This document shows positions 18,912 to 37,375 of a stretch of 64,000 bases of DNA, in pieces. Both the position numbers and the translations under genes were made by a program. The stretch lies in the NCBI RefSeq assembly GCF_009914755.1, contig NC_060948.1, one strand, 5' to 3'. Below the pieces are notes generated by a model, which was not told the origin of the DNA, did not search any database, and saw only the letters and a program-made list of their open reading frames with translations. Position 1 is the first letter of the stretch, and each line of letters opens with the position of its first letter. This DNA is from the human T2T-CHM13v2.0 reference genome, Homo sapiens.

Positions 18912-21013
18912 TTATGTGCTATGCCTTATATGTAACATATAACCTCATATATTTTATATGTCATAGTATATAATATTTATCCTGTGTCATCTTATATATA
19001 CTATATATATTACATAACATATATAATATATAATACATATTATACATCTTATATATGAAATTATATAATTATAGATAACATAATACACATTTATAAGTAT
19101 TATGATATATAACAAAGGTACTATATCATATATGATATATAATATATATTTGTAGTACATATAATAATTTTTATATATTATAATTTATATAATGATATAA
19201 TTATTTATAGAATATAAAGGATTATATATGATTATATAATTCTATATATTATAAATGAAAATATGTAGAATTACATGTTTATCTAGTTATACGTATAATA
19301 ATATAATTATATATATAGTTATATATATCACATAATAGACAACATACATATTATATAATGTATAATATATATTATAGAATATATGATACATGATATATAT
19401 GATATTTAATATAACATAATATAATCTATATTATAATATTATGTATGTTACTTATATTGGGTGATATGTAGTATATGTTATGTAATATGAAATAATATAA
19501 TATATATTATATTATGTTATTTTATGTAAATTATGTTATAAAAGTATATATAACATAATATATAGTTATATATAATATATTATATAGTTATATATATTAT
19601 ATTACATATTTACATAAAATATTATACAGTTATATATAATTTCAAATATTTACATATAACAGAATATAAAACATAGAGAATACATATCATAAAATATATA
19701 TTGTATACCATATATATTAGGTATCATATATTGTATGTTATATATCATATACTGTATATCATATATCATATATTATATGTTATATATATCACATTCCACA
19801 TATTGTATATTATAAATTATTCATAATATATTGCCTTCTTTATTTTACATGTAATAAATTATACATTATAGGTAACATAGTTTATATTGTATGTAACCGG
19901 TATATCCTATGTAAAATATATAATATATAACATATGTGACATGTAATTAATAACATAGTCATATAATATATATTTAATATAGGTATTATACATACAACGT
20001 ATTATATATAATATATAATATATATTACATATGTCATAAAATATAATATATATTATATGTCGCATTTTATATATACAATTATATATTATTATATGTTGTT
20101 TTATACTATATATAACATAGACATAATATATATATTACGCATAATGGTTATTATATATAACAGATATATTATATATAATATGTATAATGTATAATTTATA
20201 TTTAATACGTATATTAACCGTATAATATATTCTATATATGATATATAACATATATTATATATGTCATAAATTATAATATATACTATATGTCATATTGTAT
20301 AAATATAAAACTTATATATTATCAATTATTATATTTTATACAATATATATAATATAAGATGCAGGATGTAAAACAATATTATACATTGGTTATATATATT
20401 ATATATATGATAATGTATATTATTATATACATAATGTATACGTATGTTTGTGGGTGCCCTTTTTCCCATCTCATAACTTGTTTTAAGAAGCGCAGCCTAA
20501 TAACGTGTGGGCTTGGGATTCAGTACTTGAAACAAAACTCTGAGCCTTCAATGACCTTTCGGTCTATGTAAAAGCACTCCTGTCTTCCTGGCAGCAGTTG
20601 GACCTCACAATGTGGATTGTGCCCTCACCCAGCAATGTTTATGCCCTTTCGCCATGGCGACGGAATTAGGGGTCTCCTGCTCTTCGTCCTAAGGACCACT
20701 GTCTGTGCTGTGTCTTTCAAAGGTCAGAAGAGATTGAACCTTTGTGGTTTTATTTTCGCTGAGTTTGCTTTTTCTCATGGGGAACCTGAGTTGCTGCTTG
20801 AAGGTATATTCATACTGGCCTTTCAAATGCCAACTCTTCAAATTACTAGTTAAGGCTTTCAAAATATGTTATTTAAAAAATTATCCTCTGTATTTTCCAT
20901 ATGCAGTTATCAGTAGGTTTCATGGTTATGTTTTATTCCTCAGTTTATACATTTGATTATGGTACCAAGCAGAGTACCTTTGAAATTTTTTTTCATTTAA
21001 AAAATATGGATCT

Positions 21014-21305
<292 letters not shown>

Positions 21306-23433
21306 TTATATATGATATATATTACATGTTATGTGCTATGCCTTATATGTAACATATAACCTCATATATTTTATATGTCATAGTATATAATATTTATCCT
21401 GTGTCATCTTATATATACTATATATATTACATAACATATATAATACATGATACATATTATACATCTTATATATGAAATTATATAATTATAGGTAACATAA
21501 TACACATTTATATGTATTATGATATATAACAAAGGTACTATATCATATATGATATATAATATATATATTTGTAGTACATATTATAATTTTTATATATTAT
21601 AATTTATATAATGATATAATTTTTTATAGAATATAAATAATTATATATGATTATATAATTCTATATATTATAAGTGAAAATATGTAGAATTACATGTTTA
21701 TCTAGTTATATGTATAATAATATAATTATATATATAGTTATATATATCACATAATAGACAACATACATATTATATAATGTATAATATATATTATAGAATA
21801 TATGATACATGATATATATGGTATTTAATATAACATAATATAATCTATATTATAATATTATGTATGTTACTTATATTGGGTGATATGTAATATATATTAT
21901 GTAATATGAAATAATATACTATATATTATATTATGATATTTCATGTAAATGATGTTATAAAAGTATATATAACATAATATATAGTTATATATAATATATT
22001 ATATAGTTATATATATTATATTACATATTTACATAAAATATTATACAGTTATATATAATTTCAAATAGTTATATATAACAGAATATAAAACATATAGGAT
22101 ACATATCATTAAATATATATTGTATACCATATATATTAGGTATCATATATTGTATGTTATATATCATATACTGTATATCATATATCATATATTATATGTT
22201 ATATATATCACATTCCACATATTGTATATTAGAAATTATACATAATATGTTGCATTCTTTATTTTACATGTAATAAATTATACATTATAGGTAACATAGT
22301 ATATATTGTATGTAACCGGTATATTCTATGTAAAATATATAATATATAACACATGTGACATGTAATTAATAACATAGTCATATAATATATATTTAATATA
22401 GGTATTATACATACAACGTATTATGTATAATATATATTATATATTACATATGTTATAAAATATAATATATATTATATGTCGCATTTTATATATACAATTA
22501 TATATTATTATTTGTTGTTTTCTACTATATATAACATAGACATAATATATATATTGTGCATAATGGGTATTATATATAACAGATATATTATATATAATAT
22601 ATATAATGTATAATTTATATTTAATACGTATATTAACCGTATAATATATTCTATATATGATATATAACATATATTATATATGTCATAAATTATAATATAT
22701 ACTATATGTCATATTATATAAATATAAAACTTATATATTATCAATTATTATATTTTATACAATATATATAACATAAGATGCAGGATGTAAAACAATATTA
22801 TACATAGGTTATATATATTATATATATGATACTGTATATTATTATATACATAATGTATACGTATGTTTGTGGGTGCCCTTTTTCCCATCTCATAACTTGT
22901 TTTAAGAAGCGCAGCCTAATAACGTGTGGTCTTGGGATTCAGTTCTTGAAACAAAACTCTGAGCCTTCAATGACCTTTCGGTCTATGTAAAAGCACTCCT
23001 GTCTTCCTGGCAGCAGTTGGACCTCACAATGTGGATTGTGCCCTCACCCAGCAATGTTTATGCCCTATCGCCATGGAGACGGAATTAGGGGTCTCCTGCT
23101 CTTCGTCCTAACGACCACTGTCTGTGCTGTGTCTTTCAAAGGTCAGAAGAGATTGAACCTTTGTGGTTTTATTTTCCCTGAGTTTGCTTTTTCTCATGTT
23201 GAACCTGTGTTGCTGCTTTGAAGGTATATTCATACTGGCCTTTCAAATGCCAACTCTTCAAATTACTAGTTAAGGCTTTCAAAATATGTTATTTAAAAAA
23301 TTATCCTCTGTATTTTCCATATGCAGTTATAAGTAGGTTTCATGGTTATGTTTTATTCCTCAGTTTATACATTTGATTATTGTACCAAGCAGAGTACCTT
23401 TGAAATTTTTTTTCATTTAAAAAATATGGATCT

Positions 23434-23748
<315 letters not shown>

Positions 23749-25848
23749 TTATGTGCTATGCCTTATATGTAACGTATAACCTCATATATTTTATATGTCA
23801 TAGTATATAATATTTATCCTGTGTCATCTTATATATACTATATATATTACATAATATATATAATATATAATACATATTATACATCTTATATATGAAATTA
23901 TATAATTATAGATAACATAATACACATTTATATGTATTATGATATATAACAAAGGTACTATATCATATATGATATATAATATATATATTTGTAGTACATA
24001 TTATAATTTTTATATATTATAATTTATATAATGATATAATTTTTTATAGAATATAAATAATTATATGTGATTATATAATTCTATATATTATAAATGAAAA
24101 TATGTAGAATTACATGTTTATCTAGTTATACGTATAATAATATAATTATATATATAGTTATATATATCACATAATAGACAACATACATATTATATAATGT
24201 ATAATACATATTATAGAATATATGATACATGATATATATGATATTTAATATAACATAATATAATCTATATTATAATATTATGTATGTTACTTATATTGGG
24301 TGATATGTAATATATGTTATGTAATATGAAATATTATAATATATATTATATTATGATATTTTATGTAAATTATGTTATAAAAGTATATATAACATAATAT
24401 ATAGTTATATATAATATATTATATAGTTATATATATTATATTACATATTTACATAAAATATTATACAGTTATATATAATTTCAAATAGTTATATATAACA
24501 GAATATAAAACATAGAGAATACATATCATAAAATATGTATTGTATACCATATATATTAGGTATCATATATTGTATGTTATATATCATATACTGTATATCA
24601 TATATCATATATTATATGTTATATGTATCACATTCCACATATTGTATATTATAAATTATTCATAATATATTGCATTCTTTATTTTACATGTAATAAATTA
24701 TACATTATAGGTAACATAGTTTATATTGTATGTAACCGGTATATCCTATGTAAAATATATAATATATAACATATGTGACATGTAATTAATAACATAGTCA
24801 TATAATATATATTTAATATAGGTATTATACATACAACGTATTATATATAATATATAATATATATTACATATGTCATAAAATATAATATATATTATATGTC
24901 GCATTTTATATATACAATTATATATTATTATATGTTGTTTTATACTATATATAACATAGACATAATATATATATTATGCATAATGGGTTTTATATATAGC
25001 AGATATATTATATATAATATATATAATGTATAATTTATATTTAATACGTATATTAACCGTATAATATATTCTATATATGATATATAACATATATTATATG
25101 TGTCATAAATTATAATATATACTATATGTCTTATTGTATAAATATAAAACTTATATATTATCAATTATTATATTTTATACAATATATATAAGATGCAGGA
25201 TGTAAAACAATATTATACATAGGTTATATATATTATATATATGATACTGTATATTATTATATACATAATGTATACGTATGTTTGTGGGTGCCCTTTTTCC
25301 CATCTCATAACTTGTTTTAAGAAGCGCAGCCTAATAATGTGTGGGCTTGGGATTCAGTTCTTGAAACAAAACTCTGAGCCTTCAATGACCTTTCGGTCTA
25401 TGTAAAAGCACTCCTGTCTTCCTGGCAGCAGTTGGACCTCACAATGTGGATTGTGCCCTCACCCAGCAATGTTTATGCCCTATCGCCATGGTGACGGAAT
25501 TAGGGGTCTCCTGCTCTTCGTCCTAAGGACCACTGTCTGTGCTGTGTCTTTCAAAGGTCAGAAGAGATTGAACCTTTGTGGTTTTATTTTCCCTGAGTTT
25601 GCTTTTTCTCATGGGGAACCTGTGTTGCTGCTTTGAAGGTATATTCATACTGGCCTTTCAAATGCCAACTCTTCAAATTACTAGTTAAGGCTTTCAAAAT
25701 ATGTTATTTAAAAAATTATCCTCTGTATTTTCCATATGCAGTTATAAGTAGGTTTCATGGTTATGTTTTATTCCTCAGTTTATACATTTGATTATTGTAC
25801 CAAGCAGAGTACCTTTGAAATTTTTTTTCATTTAAAAAATATGGATCT

Positions 25849-26163
<315 letters not shown>

Positions 26164-28263
26164 TTATGTGCTATGCCTTATATGTAACGTATAACCTCAT
26201 ATATTTTATATGTCATAGTATATAATATTTATCCTGTGTCATCTTATATATACTATATATATTACATAATATATATAATATATAATACATATTATACATC
26301 TTATATATGAAATTATATAATTATAGATAACATAATACACATTTATATGTATTATGATATATAACAAAGGTACTATATCATATATGATATATAATATATA
26401 TATTTGTAGTACATATTATAATTTTTATATATTATAATTTATATAATGATATAATTTTTTATAGAATATAAATAATTATATATGATTATATAATTCTATA
26501 TATTATAAATGAAAATATGTAGAATTACATGTTTATCTAGTTATACGTATAATAATATAATTATATATATAGTTATATATATCACATAATAGACAACATA
26601 CATATTATATAATGTATAATACATATTATAGAATATATGATACATGATATATATGATATTTAATATAACATAATATAATCTATATTATAATATTATGTAT
26701 GTTACTTATATTGGGTGATATGTAATATATGTTATGTAATATGAAATATTATAATATATATTATATTATGATATTTTATGTAAATTATGTTATAAAAGTA
26801 TATATAACATAATATATAGTTATATATAATATATTATATAGTTATATATATTATATTACATATTTACATAAAATATTATACAGTTATATATAATTTCAAA
26901 TAGTTATATATAACAGAATATAAAACATAGAGAATACATATCATAAAATATGTATTGTATACCATATATATTAGGTATCATATATTGTATGTTATATATC
27001 ATATACTGTATATCATATATCATATATTATATGTTATATGTATCACATTCCACATATTGTATATTATAAATTATTCATAATATATTGCATTCTTTATTTT
27101 ACATGTAATAAATTATACATTATAGGTAACATAGTTTATATTGTATGTAACCGGTATATCCTATGTAAAATATATAATATATAACATATGTGACATGTAA
27201 TTAATAACATAGTCATATAATATATATTTAATATAGGTATTATACATACAACGTATTATATATAATATATAATATATATTACATATGTCATAAAATATAA
27301 TATATATTATATGTCGCATTTTATATATACAATTATATATTATTATATGTTGTTTTATACTATATATAACATAGACATAATATATATATTATGCATAATG
27401 GGTTTTATATATAGCAGATATATTATATATAATATATATAATGTATAATTTATATTTAATACGTATATTAACCGTATAATATATTCTATATATGATATAT
27501 AACATATATTATATGTGTCATAAATTATAATATATACTATATGTCTTATTGTATAAATATAAAACTTATATATTATCAATTATTATATTTTATACAATAT
27601 ATATAAGAGGCAGGATGTAAAACAATATTATACATAGGTTATATATATTATATATATGATACTGTATATTATTATATACATAATGTATACGTATGTTTGT
27701 GGGTGCCCTTTTTCCCATCTCATAACTTGTTTTAAGAAGCGCAGCCTAATAATGTGTGGGCTTGGGATTCAGTTCTTGAAACAAAACTCTGAGCCTTCAA
27801 TGACCTTTCGGTCTATGTAAAAGCACTCCTGTCTTCCTGGCAGCAGTTGGACCTCACAATGTGGATTGTGCCCTCACCCAGCAATGTTTATGCCCTATCG
27901 CCATGGTGACGGAATTAGGGGTCTCCTGCTCTTCGTCCTAAGGACCACTGTCTGTGCTGTGTCTTTCAAAGGTCAGAAGAGATTGAACCTTTGTGGTTTT
28001 ATTTTCCCTGAGTTTGCTTTTTCTCATGGGGAACCTGTGTTGCTGCTTTGAAGGTATATTCATACTGGCCTTTCAAATGCCAACTCTTCAAATTACTAGT
28101 TAAGGCTTTCAAAATATGTTATTTAAAAAATTATCCTCTGTATTTTCCATATGCAGTTATAAGTAGGTTTCATGGTTATGTTTTATTCCTCAGTTTATAC
28201 ATTTGATTATTGTACCAAGCAGAGTACCTTTGAAATTTTTTTTCATTTAAAAAATATGGATCT

Positions 28264-28578
<315 letters not shown>

Positions 28579-30678
28579 TTATGTGCTATGCCTTATATGT
28601 AACATATAACCTCATATATTTTATATGTCATAGTATATAATATTTATCCTGTGTCATCTTATATATACTATATATATTACATAACATATATAATACATGA
28701 TACATATTATACATCTTATATATGAAATTATATAATTATACGTAACATAATACACATTTATATGTATTATGATATATAACAAAGGTACTATATCATATAT
28801 GATATATAATATATATATTTGTAGTACATATTATAATTTTTATATATTATAATTTATATAATGATATAATTTTTTATAGAATATAAATAATTATATATGA
28901 TTATATAATTCTATATATTATAAATGAAAATATGTAGAATTACATGTTTATCTAGTTATATGTATAATAATATAATTATATATATAGTTATATATATCAC
29001 ATAATAGACAACATACATATTATATAATGTATAATATATATTATAGAATATATGATACATGATATATATGGTATTTAATATAACATAATATAATCTATAT
29101 TATAATATTATGTATGTTACTTATATTGGGTGATATGTAATATATATTATGTAATATGAAATAATATACTATATATTATATTATGATATTTCATGTAAAT
29201 GATGTTATAAAAGTATATATAACATAATATATAGTTATATATAATATATTATATAGTTATATATATTATATTACATATTTACATAAAATATTATACAGTT
29301 ATATATAATTTCAAATAGTTATATATAACAGAATATAAAACATATAGGATACATATCATTAAATATATATTGTATACCCTATATATTAGGTATCATATAT
29401 TGTATGTTATATATCATATACTGTATATCATATATCATATATTATATGTTATATGTATCACATTCCACATATTGTATATTATAAATTATTCATAATATAT
29501 TGCATTCTTTATTTTACATGTAATAAATTATACATTATAGGTAACATAGTTTATATTGTATGTAACCGGTATATCCTATGTAAAATATATAATATATAAC
29601 ATATGTGACATGTAATTAATAACATAGTCATATAATATATATTTAATATAGGTATTATACATACAACGTATTATATATAATATATAATATATATTACATA
29701 TGTCATAAAATATAATATATATTATATGTCGCATTTTATATATACAATTATATATTATTATATGTTGTTTTATACTATATATAACATAGACATAATATAT
29801 ATATTATGCATAATGGGTTTTATATATAGCAGATATATTATATATAATATATATAATGTATAATTTATATTTAATACGTATATTAACCGTATAATATATT
29901 CTATATATGATATATAACATATATTATATGTGTCATAAATTATAATATATACTATATGTCTTATTGTATAAATATAAAACTTATATATTATCAATTATTA
30001 TATTTTATACAATATATATAAGAGGCAGGATGTAAAACAATATTATACATAGGTTATATATATTATATATATGATACTGTATATTATTATATACATAATG
30101 TATACGTATGTTTGTGGGTGCCCTTTTTCCCATCTCATAACTTGTTTTAAGAAGCGCAGCCTAATAATGTGTGGGCTTGGGATTCAGTTCTTGAAACAAA
30201 ACTCTGAGCCTTCAATGACCTTTCGGTCTATGTAAAAGCACTCCTGTCTTCCTGGCAGCAGTTGGACCTCACAATGTGGATTGTGCCCTCACCCAGCAAT
30301 GTTTATGCCCTATCGCCATGGTGACGGAATTAGGGGTCTCCTGCTCTTCGTCCTAAGGACCACTGTCTGTGCTGTGTCTTTCAAAGGTCAGAAGAGATTG
30401 AACCTTTGTGGTTTTATTTTCCCTGAGTTTGCTTTTTCTCATGGGGAACCTGTGTTGCTGCTTTGAAGGTATATTCATACTGGCCTTTCAAATGCCAACT
30501 CTTCAAATTACTAGTTAAGGCTTTCAAAATATGTTATTTAAAAAATTATCCTCTGTATTTTCCATATGCAGTTATAAGTAGGTTTCATGGTTATGTTTTA
30601 TTCCTCAGTTTATACATTTGATTATTGTACCAAGCAGAGTACCTTTGAAATTTTTTTTCATTTAAAAAATATGGATCT

Positions 30679-30993
<315 letters not shown>

Positions 30994-33099
30994 TTATGTG
31001 CTATGCCTTATATGTAACATATAACCTCATATATTTTATATGTCATAGTATATAATATTTATCCTGTGTCATCTTATATATACTATATATATTACATAAT
31101 ATATATAATATATAATACATATTATACATCTTATATATGAAATTATATAATTGTAGATAACATAATACACATTTATATGTATTATGATATATAACAAAGG
31201 TACTATATCATATATGATATATAATATATATATTTGTAGTACATATTATAATTTTTATATATTATAATTTATATAATGATATAATTTTTTATAGAATATA
31301 AATAATTATATATGATTATATAATTCTATATATTATAAATGAAAATATGTAGAATTACATGTTTATCTAGTTATATGTATAATAATATAATTATATATAT
31401 AGTTATATATATCACATAATAGACAACATACATATTATATAATGTATAATATATATTATAGAATATATGATACATGATATATATGGTATTTAATATAACA
31501 TAATATAATCTATATTATAATATTATGTATGTTACTTATATTGGGTGATATGTAATATATATTATGTAATATGAAATAATATACTATATATTATATTACG
31601 ATATTTTATGTAAATTATGTTATAAAAGTATATATAACATAATATATAGTTATATATAATATATTATATAGTTATATATATAATATTACATATTTACATA
31701 AAATATTATACAGTTATATATAATTTCAAATAGTTATATATAACAGAATATAAAACATATAGAATACATATCATAAATTATATATTGTATACCATATATA
31801 TTAGGTATCATATATTGTCTGTTATATATCATATACTGTATATCATATATCATATATTATATGTTATATATATCACATTCCACATATTGTATATTATAAA
31901 ATATACATAATATATTGCTTTCTTTATTTTACATGTAATAAATTATACATTATAGGTAACATAGTATATATTGTATGTAACCGGTATATTCTATGTAAAA
32001 TATATAATATACAACATATGTGACATGTAATTAATAACATAGTCATATAATATATATTTAATATAGGTATTATACATACAACGTATTATATATAATATAT
32101 AATATATATTACATATGTCATAAAATATAATATATATTATATGTCGCATTTTATATATACAATTATATAGTATTATATGTTGTTTTATACTATATATATA
32201 ACATAGACATAATATATATATTATGCATAATGGGTATTATATATAACAGATATATTATATATAATATATATAATGTATAATTTATATTTAATACGTATAT
32301 TAACCGTATAATATATTCTATATATGATATATAACATATATTATATATGTCATAAATTATAATATATACTATATGTCATATTGTATAAATATAAAACTTA
32401 TATATTATCAATTATTATATTTTATACAATATATATAACATAAGATGCAGGATGTAAAACAATATTATACATAGGTTATATATATTATATATATGATACT
32501 GTATATTATTATATACATAATGTATACGTATGTTTGTGGGTGCCCTTTTTCCCATCTCATAACTTGTTTTAAGAAGCGCAGCCTAATAACGTGTGGGCTT
32601 GGGATTCAGTTCTTGAAACAAAACTCTGAGCCTTCAATGACCTTTCGGTCTATGTAAAAGCACTCCTGTCTTCCTGGCAGCTGTTGGACCTCACAATGTG
32701 GATTGTGCCCTCACCCAGCAATGTTTATGCCCTATCGCCATGGTGACGGAATTAGGGGTCTCCTGCTCTTCGTCCTAAGGACCACTGTCTGTGCTGTGTC
32801 TTTCAAAGGTCAGAAGAGATTGAACCTTTGTGGTTTTATTTTCCCTGAGTTTGCTTTTCCTCATGGGGAACCTGTGTTGCTGCTTTGAAGGTATATTCAT
32901 ACTGGCCTTTCAATTGCCAACTCTTCAAATTACTAGTTAAAGCTTTCAAAATATGTTATTTAAAAAATTATCCTCTGTATTTTCCATATGCAGTTATAAG
33001 TAGGTTTCATGGTTATGTTTTATTCCTCAGTTTATACATTTGATTATTGTACCAAGCAGAGTACTTTGAAATTTTTTTTCATTTAAAAAATATGGATCT

Positions 33100-33414
<315 letters not shown>

Positions 33415-35519
33415 TTATGTGCTATGCCTTATATGTAACATATAACCTCATATATTTTATATGTCATAGTATATAATATTTATCCTGTGTCAGCTTATAT
33501 ATACTATATATATTACATAACATATATAATATATAATACATATTATACATCTTATATATGAAATTATATAATTATAGATAACATAATACACATTTATATG
33601 TATTATGATATATAACAAAGGTACTATATCATATATGATATATAATATATATATTTGTAGTACATATTATAATTTTTATATATTATAATTTATATAATGA
33701 TATAATTTTTTATAGAATATAAATAATTATATATGATTATATAATTCTATATATTATAAATGAAAATATGTAGAATTACATGTTTATCTAGTTATATGTA
33801 TAATAATATAATTATATATATAGTTATATATATCACATAATAGACAACATACATATTATATAATGTATAATATATATTATAGAATATATGATACATGATA
33901 TATATGGTATTTAATATAACATATTATAATCTATATTATAATATTATGTATGTTACTTATATTGGGTGATACGTAATATATATTATGTAATATGAAATAA
34001 TATACTATATATTATATTACGATATTTTATGTAAATTATGTTATAAAAGTATATATAACATAATATATAGTTATATATAGTATATTATATAGTTATATAT
34101 ATTATATTACATATTTACATAAAATATTATACAGTTATATATAATTTCAAATAGTTATATATAACAGAATATAAAACATAGAGAATACATATCATAAAAT
34201 ATATATTGTATACCATATATATTAGGTATCATATATTGTATGTTATATATCATATACTGTATATCATATATCATATATTATATGTTATATATATCACATT
34301 CCACATATTGTATATTATAAATTATACATAATATATTGCATTCTTTATTTTACATGTAATAAATTATACATTAGAGGTAACATAGAATATATTGTATGTA
34401 ACCGGTATATCCTATGTAAAATATATAATATATAACATATGTGACATGTAATTAATAACATAGTCATATAATATATATTTAATATAGGTATTATACATAC
34501 AACGTATTATATATAATATATAATATATATTACATATGTCATAAAGTATAATACATATTATATGTCGCATTTTATATATACAATTATATATTATTATATG
34601 TTGTTTTATACTATATATAACATAGACATAATATATATATTATGCATAATGAGTATTATATATAACAGATATATTATATATAATATATATAATGTATAAT
34701 TTATATTTAATACGTATATTAACCGTATAATATATTCTATATATGATATATAACATATATTATATATGTCATAAATTATAATATATACTATATGTCATAT
34801 TGTATAAATATAAAACTTATATATTATCAATTATTATATTTTATACAATATATATAACATAAGATGCAGGATGTAAAACAATATTATACATAGGTTATAT
34901 ATATTATATATATGATACTGTATATTATTATATACATAATGTATACGTATGTTTGTGGGTGCCCTTTTTCCCATCTCATAACTTGTTTTAAGAAGCGCAG
35001 CCTAATAACGTGTGGGCTTGGGATTCAGTTCTTGAAACAAAACTCTGAGCCTTCAATGACCTTTCGGTCTATGTAAAAGCACTCCTGTCTTCCTGGCAGC
35101 AGTTGGACCTCACAATGTGGATTGTGCCCTCACCCAGCAATGTTTATGCCCTATCGCCATGGCGACGGAATTAGGGGTCTCCTGCTCTTCGTCCTAAGGA
35201 CCACTGTCTCTGCTGTGTCTTTTATAGGTCAGAAGAGATTGAACCTTTGTGGTTTTATTTTCCCTGAGTTTGCTTTTTCTCATGGGGAACCTGTGTTGCT
35301 GCTTTGAAGGTATATTCATACTGGCCTTTCAAATGCCAACTCTTCAAATTACTAGTTAAGGTTTTCAAAATACGTTAGTTAAAAAATTATCCTCTGTATT
35401 TTCCATATGCAGTTATAAGTAGGTTTCATGGTTATGTTTTATTCCTCAGTTTATACATTTGATTATTGTACCAAGCAGAGTACCTTTGAAATTTTTTTTC
35501 ATTTAAAAAATATGGATCT

Positions 35520-35834
<315 letters not shown>

Positions 35835-37360
35835 TTATGTGCTATGCCTTATATGTAACATATAACCTCATATATTTTATATGTCATAGTATATAATATT
35901 TATCCTGTGTCAGCTTAAATATACTATATATATTACATAACATATATAATACATGATACATATTATACATCTTATATATGAAATTATATAATTATACGTA
36001 ACATAATACACATTTATATGTATTATGATATATAACAAAGTTACTATATCATATATGATATATAATATATATATTTGTAGTACATATTATAATTTTTATA
36101 TATTATAATTTATATAATGATATAATATTTTATAGAATATAAATAATTATATATGATTATATAATTCTATATATTATAAATGAAAATATGTAGAATTACA
36201 TGTTTATCTAGTTATATGTATAATAATATAATTATATATATAGTTATATATATCACATAATAGACAACATACATATTATATAATGTATAATATATATTAT
36301 AGAATATATGATACATGATATATATGATATTTAATATAACATAATATAATCTATATTATAATATTATGTATGTTACTTATATTGGGTGATATGTAATATA
36401 TATTATGTAATATGAAATAATATACTATATATTATATTACGATATTTTATGTAAATTATGTTATAAAAGTATATATAACATAATATATAGTTATATATAA
36501 TATATTATATAGTTATATATATTATATTACATATTTACATAAAATATTATACAGTTATATATAATTTCAAATAGTTATATATAACAGAATATAAAACATA
36601 TAGAATACATATCATAAAATATATATTGTATACCATATATATTAGGTATCATATATTTTATGTTATATATCATATACTGTATATCATATATCATATATTA
36701 TATGTTATATATATCACATTCCACATATTGTATATTATAAATTATACATAATATATTGCATTCTTTATTTTACATGTAATCAATTATACATTATAGGTAA
36801 CATAGTATATATTGCATGTAACCGGTATATTCTATGTAAAATATATAGTATATAACATATGTGATATGTAATTAATAACATAGTCATATAATATATATGT
36901 AATATAGGTATTATACATACAACGTATTATATATAATATATAATATATATTACATATGTCATAAAATATAATATATATTATATGTCGCATTTTATATATA
37001 CAATTATATATGATTATATGTTGTTTTATACTATATATAACATAGACATAATATATATATTATGCATAATGGGTATTATATTTAACAGATATATTATATA
37101 TAATATATATAATGTATAATTTATATATAATACGTATATTAACCGTATAATATATTCTATATATGATATATAACATATATTATATATGTCATAAATTATA
37201 ATATATGCTATATGTCATATTGTATAAATATAAAACTTATATATTATCAATTATTATATTTTATACAATATATATAACATAAGATGCAGGATGTAAAACA
37301 ATATTATACATAGGTTATATATATTATATATATGATACTGTATATTATTATATACATAAT

Positions 37361-37375
37361 GTATAATGAAATGGA
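37361..37375 (+). other. DYZ2-to-DYZ1 array junction
   Basis: DYZ2 normally reads CATAATGTATA|CGTATGTTTG; here it reads CATAATGTATA|ATGAAATGGAATGG. The right side matches DYZ1 at 40915 onward (GGACTGAA|ATGAAATGG). Only the A at 37365 is shared by both parents. Confidence 0.95.
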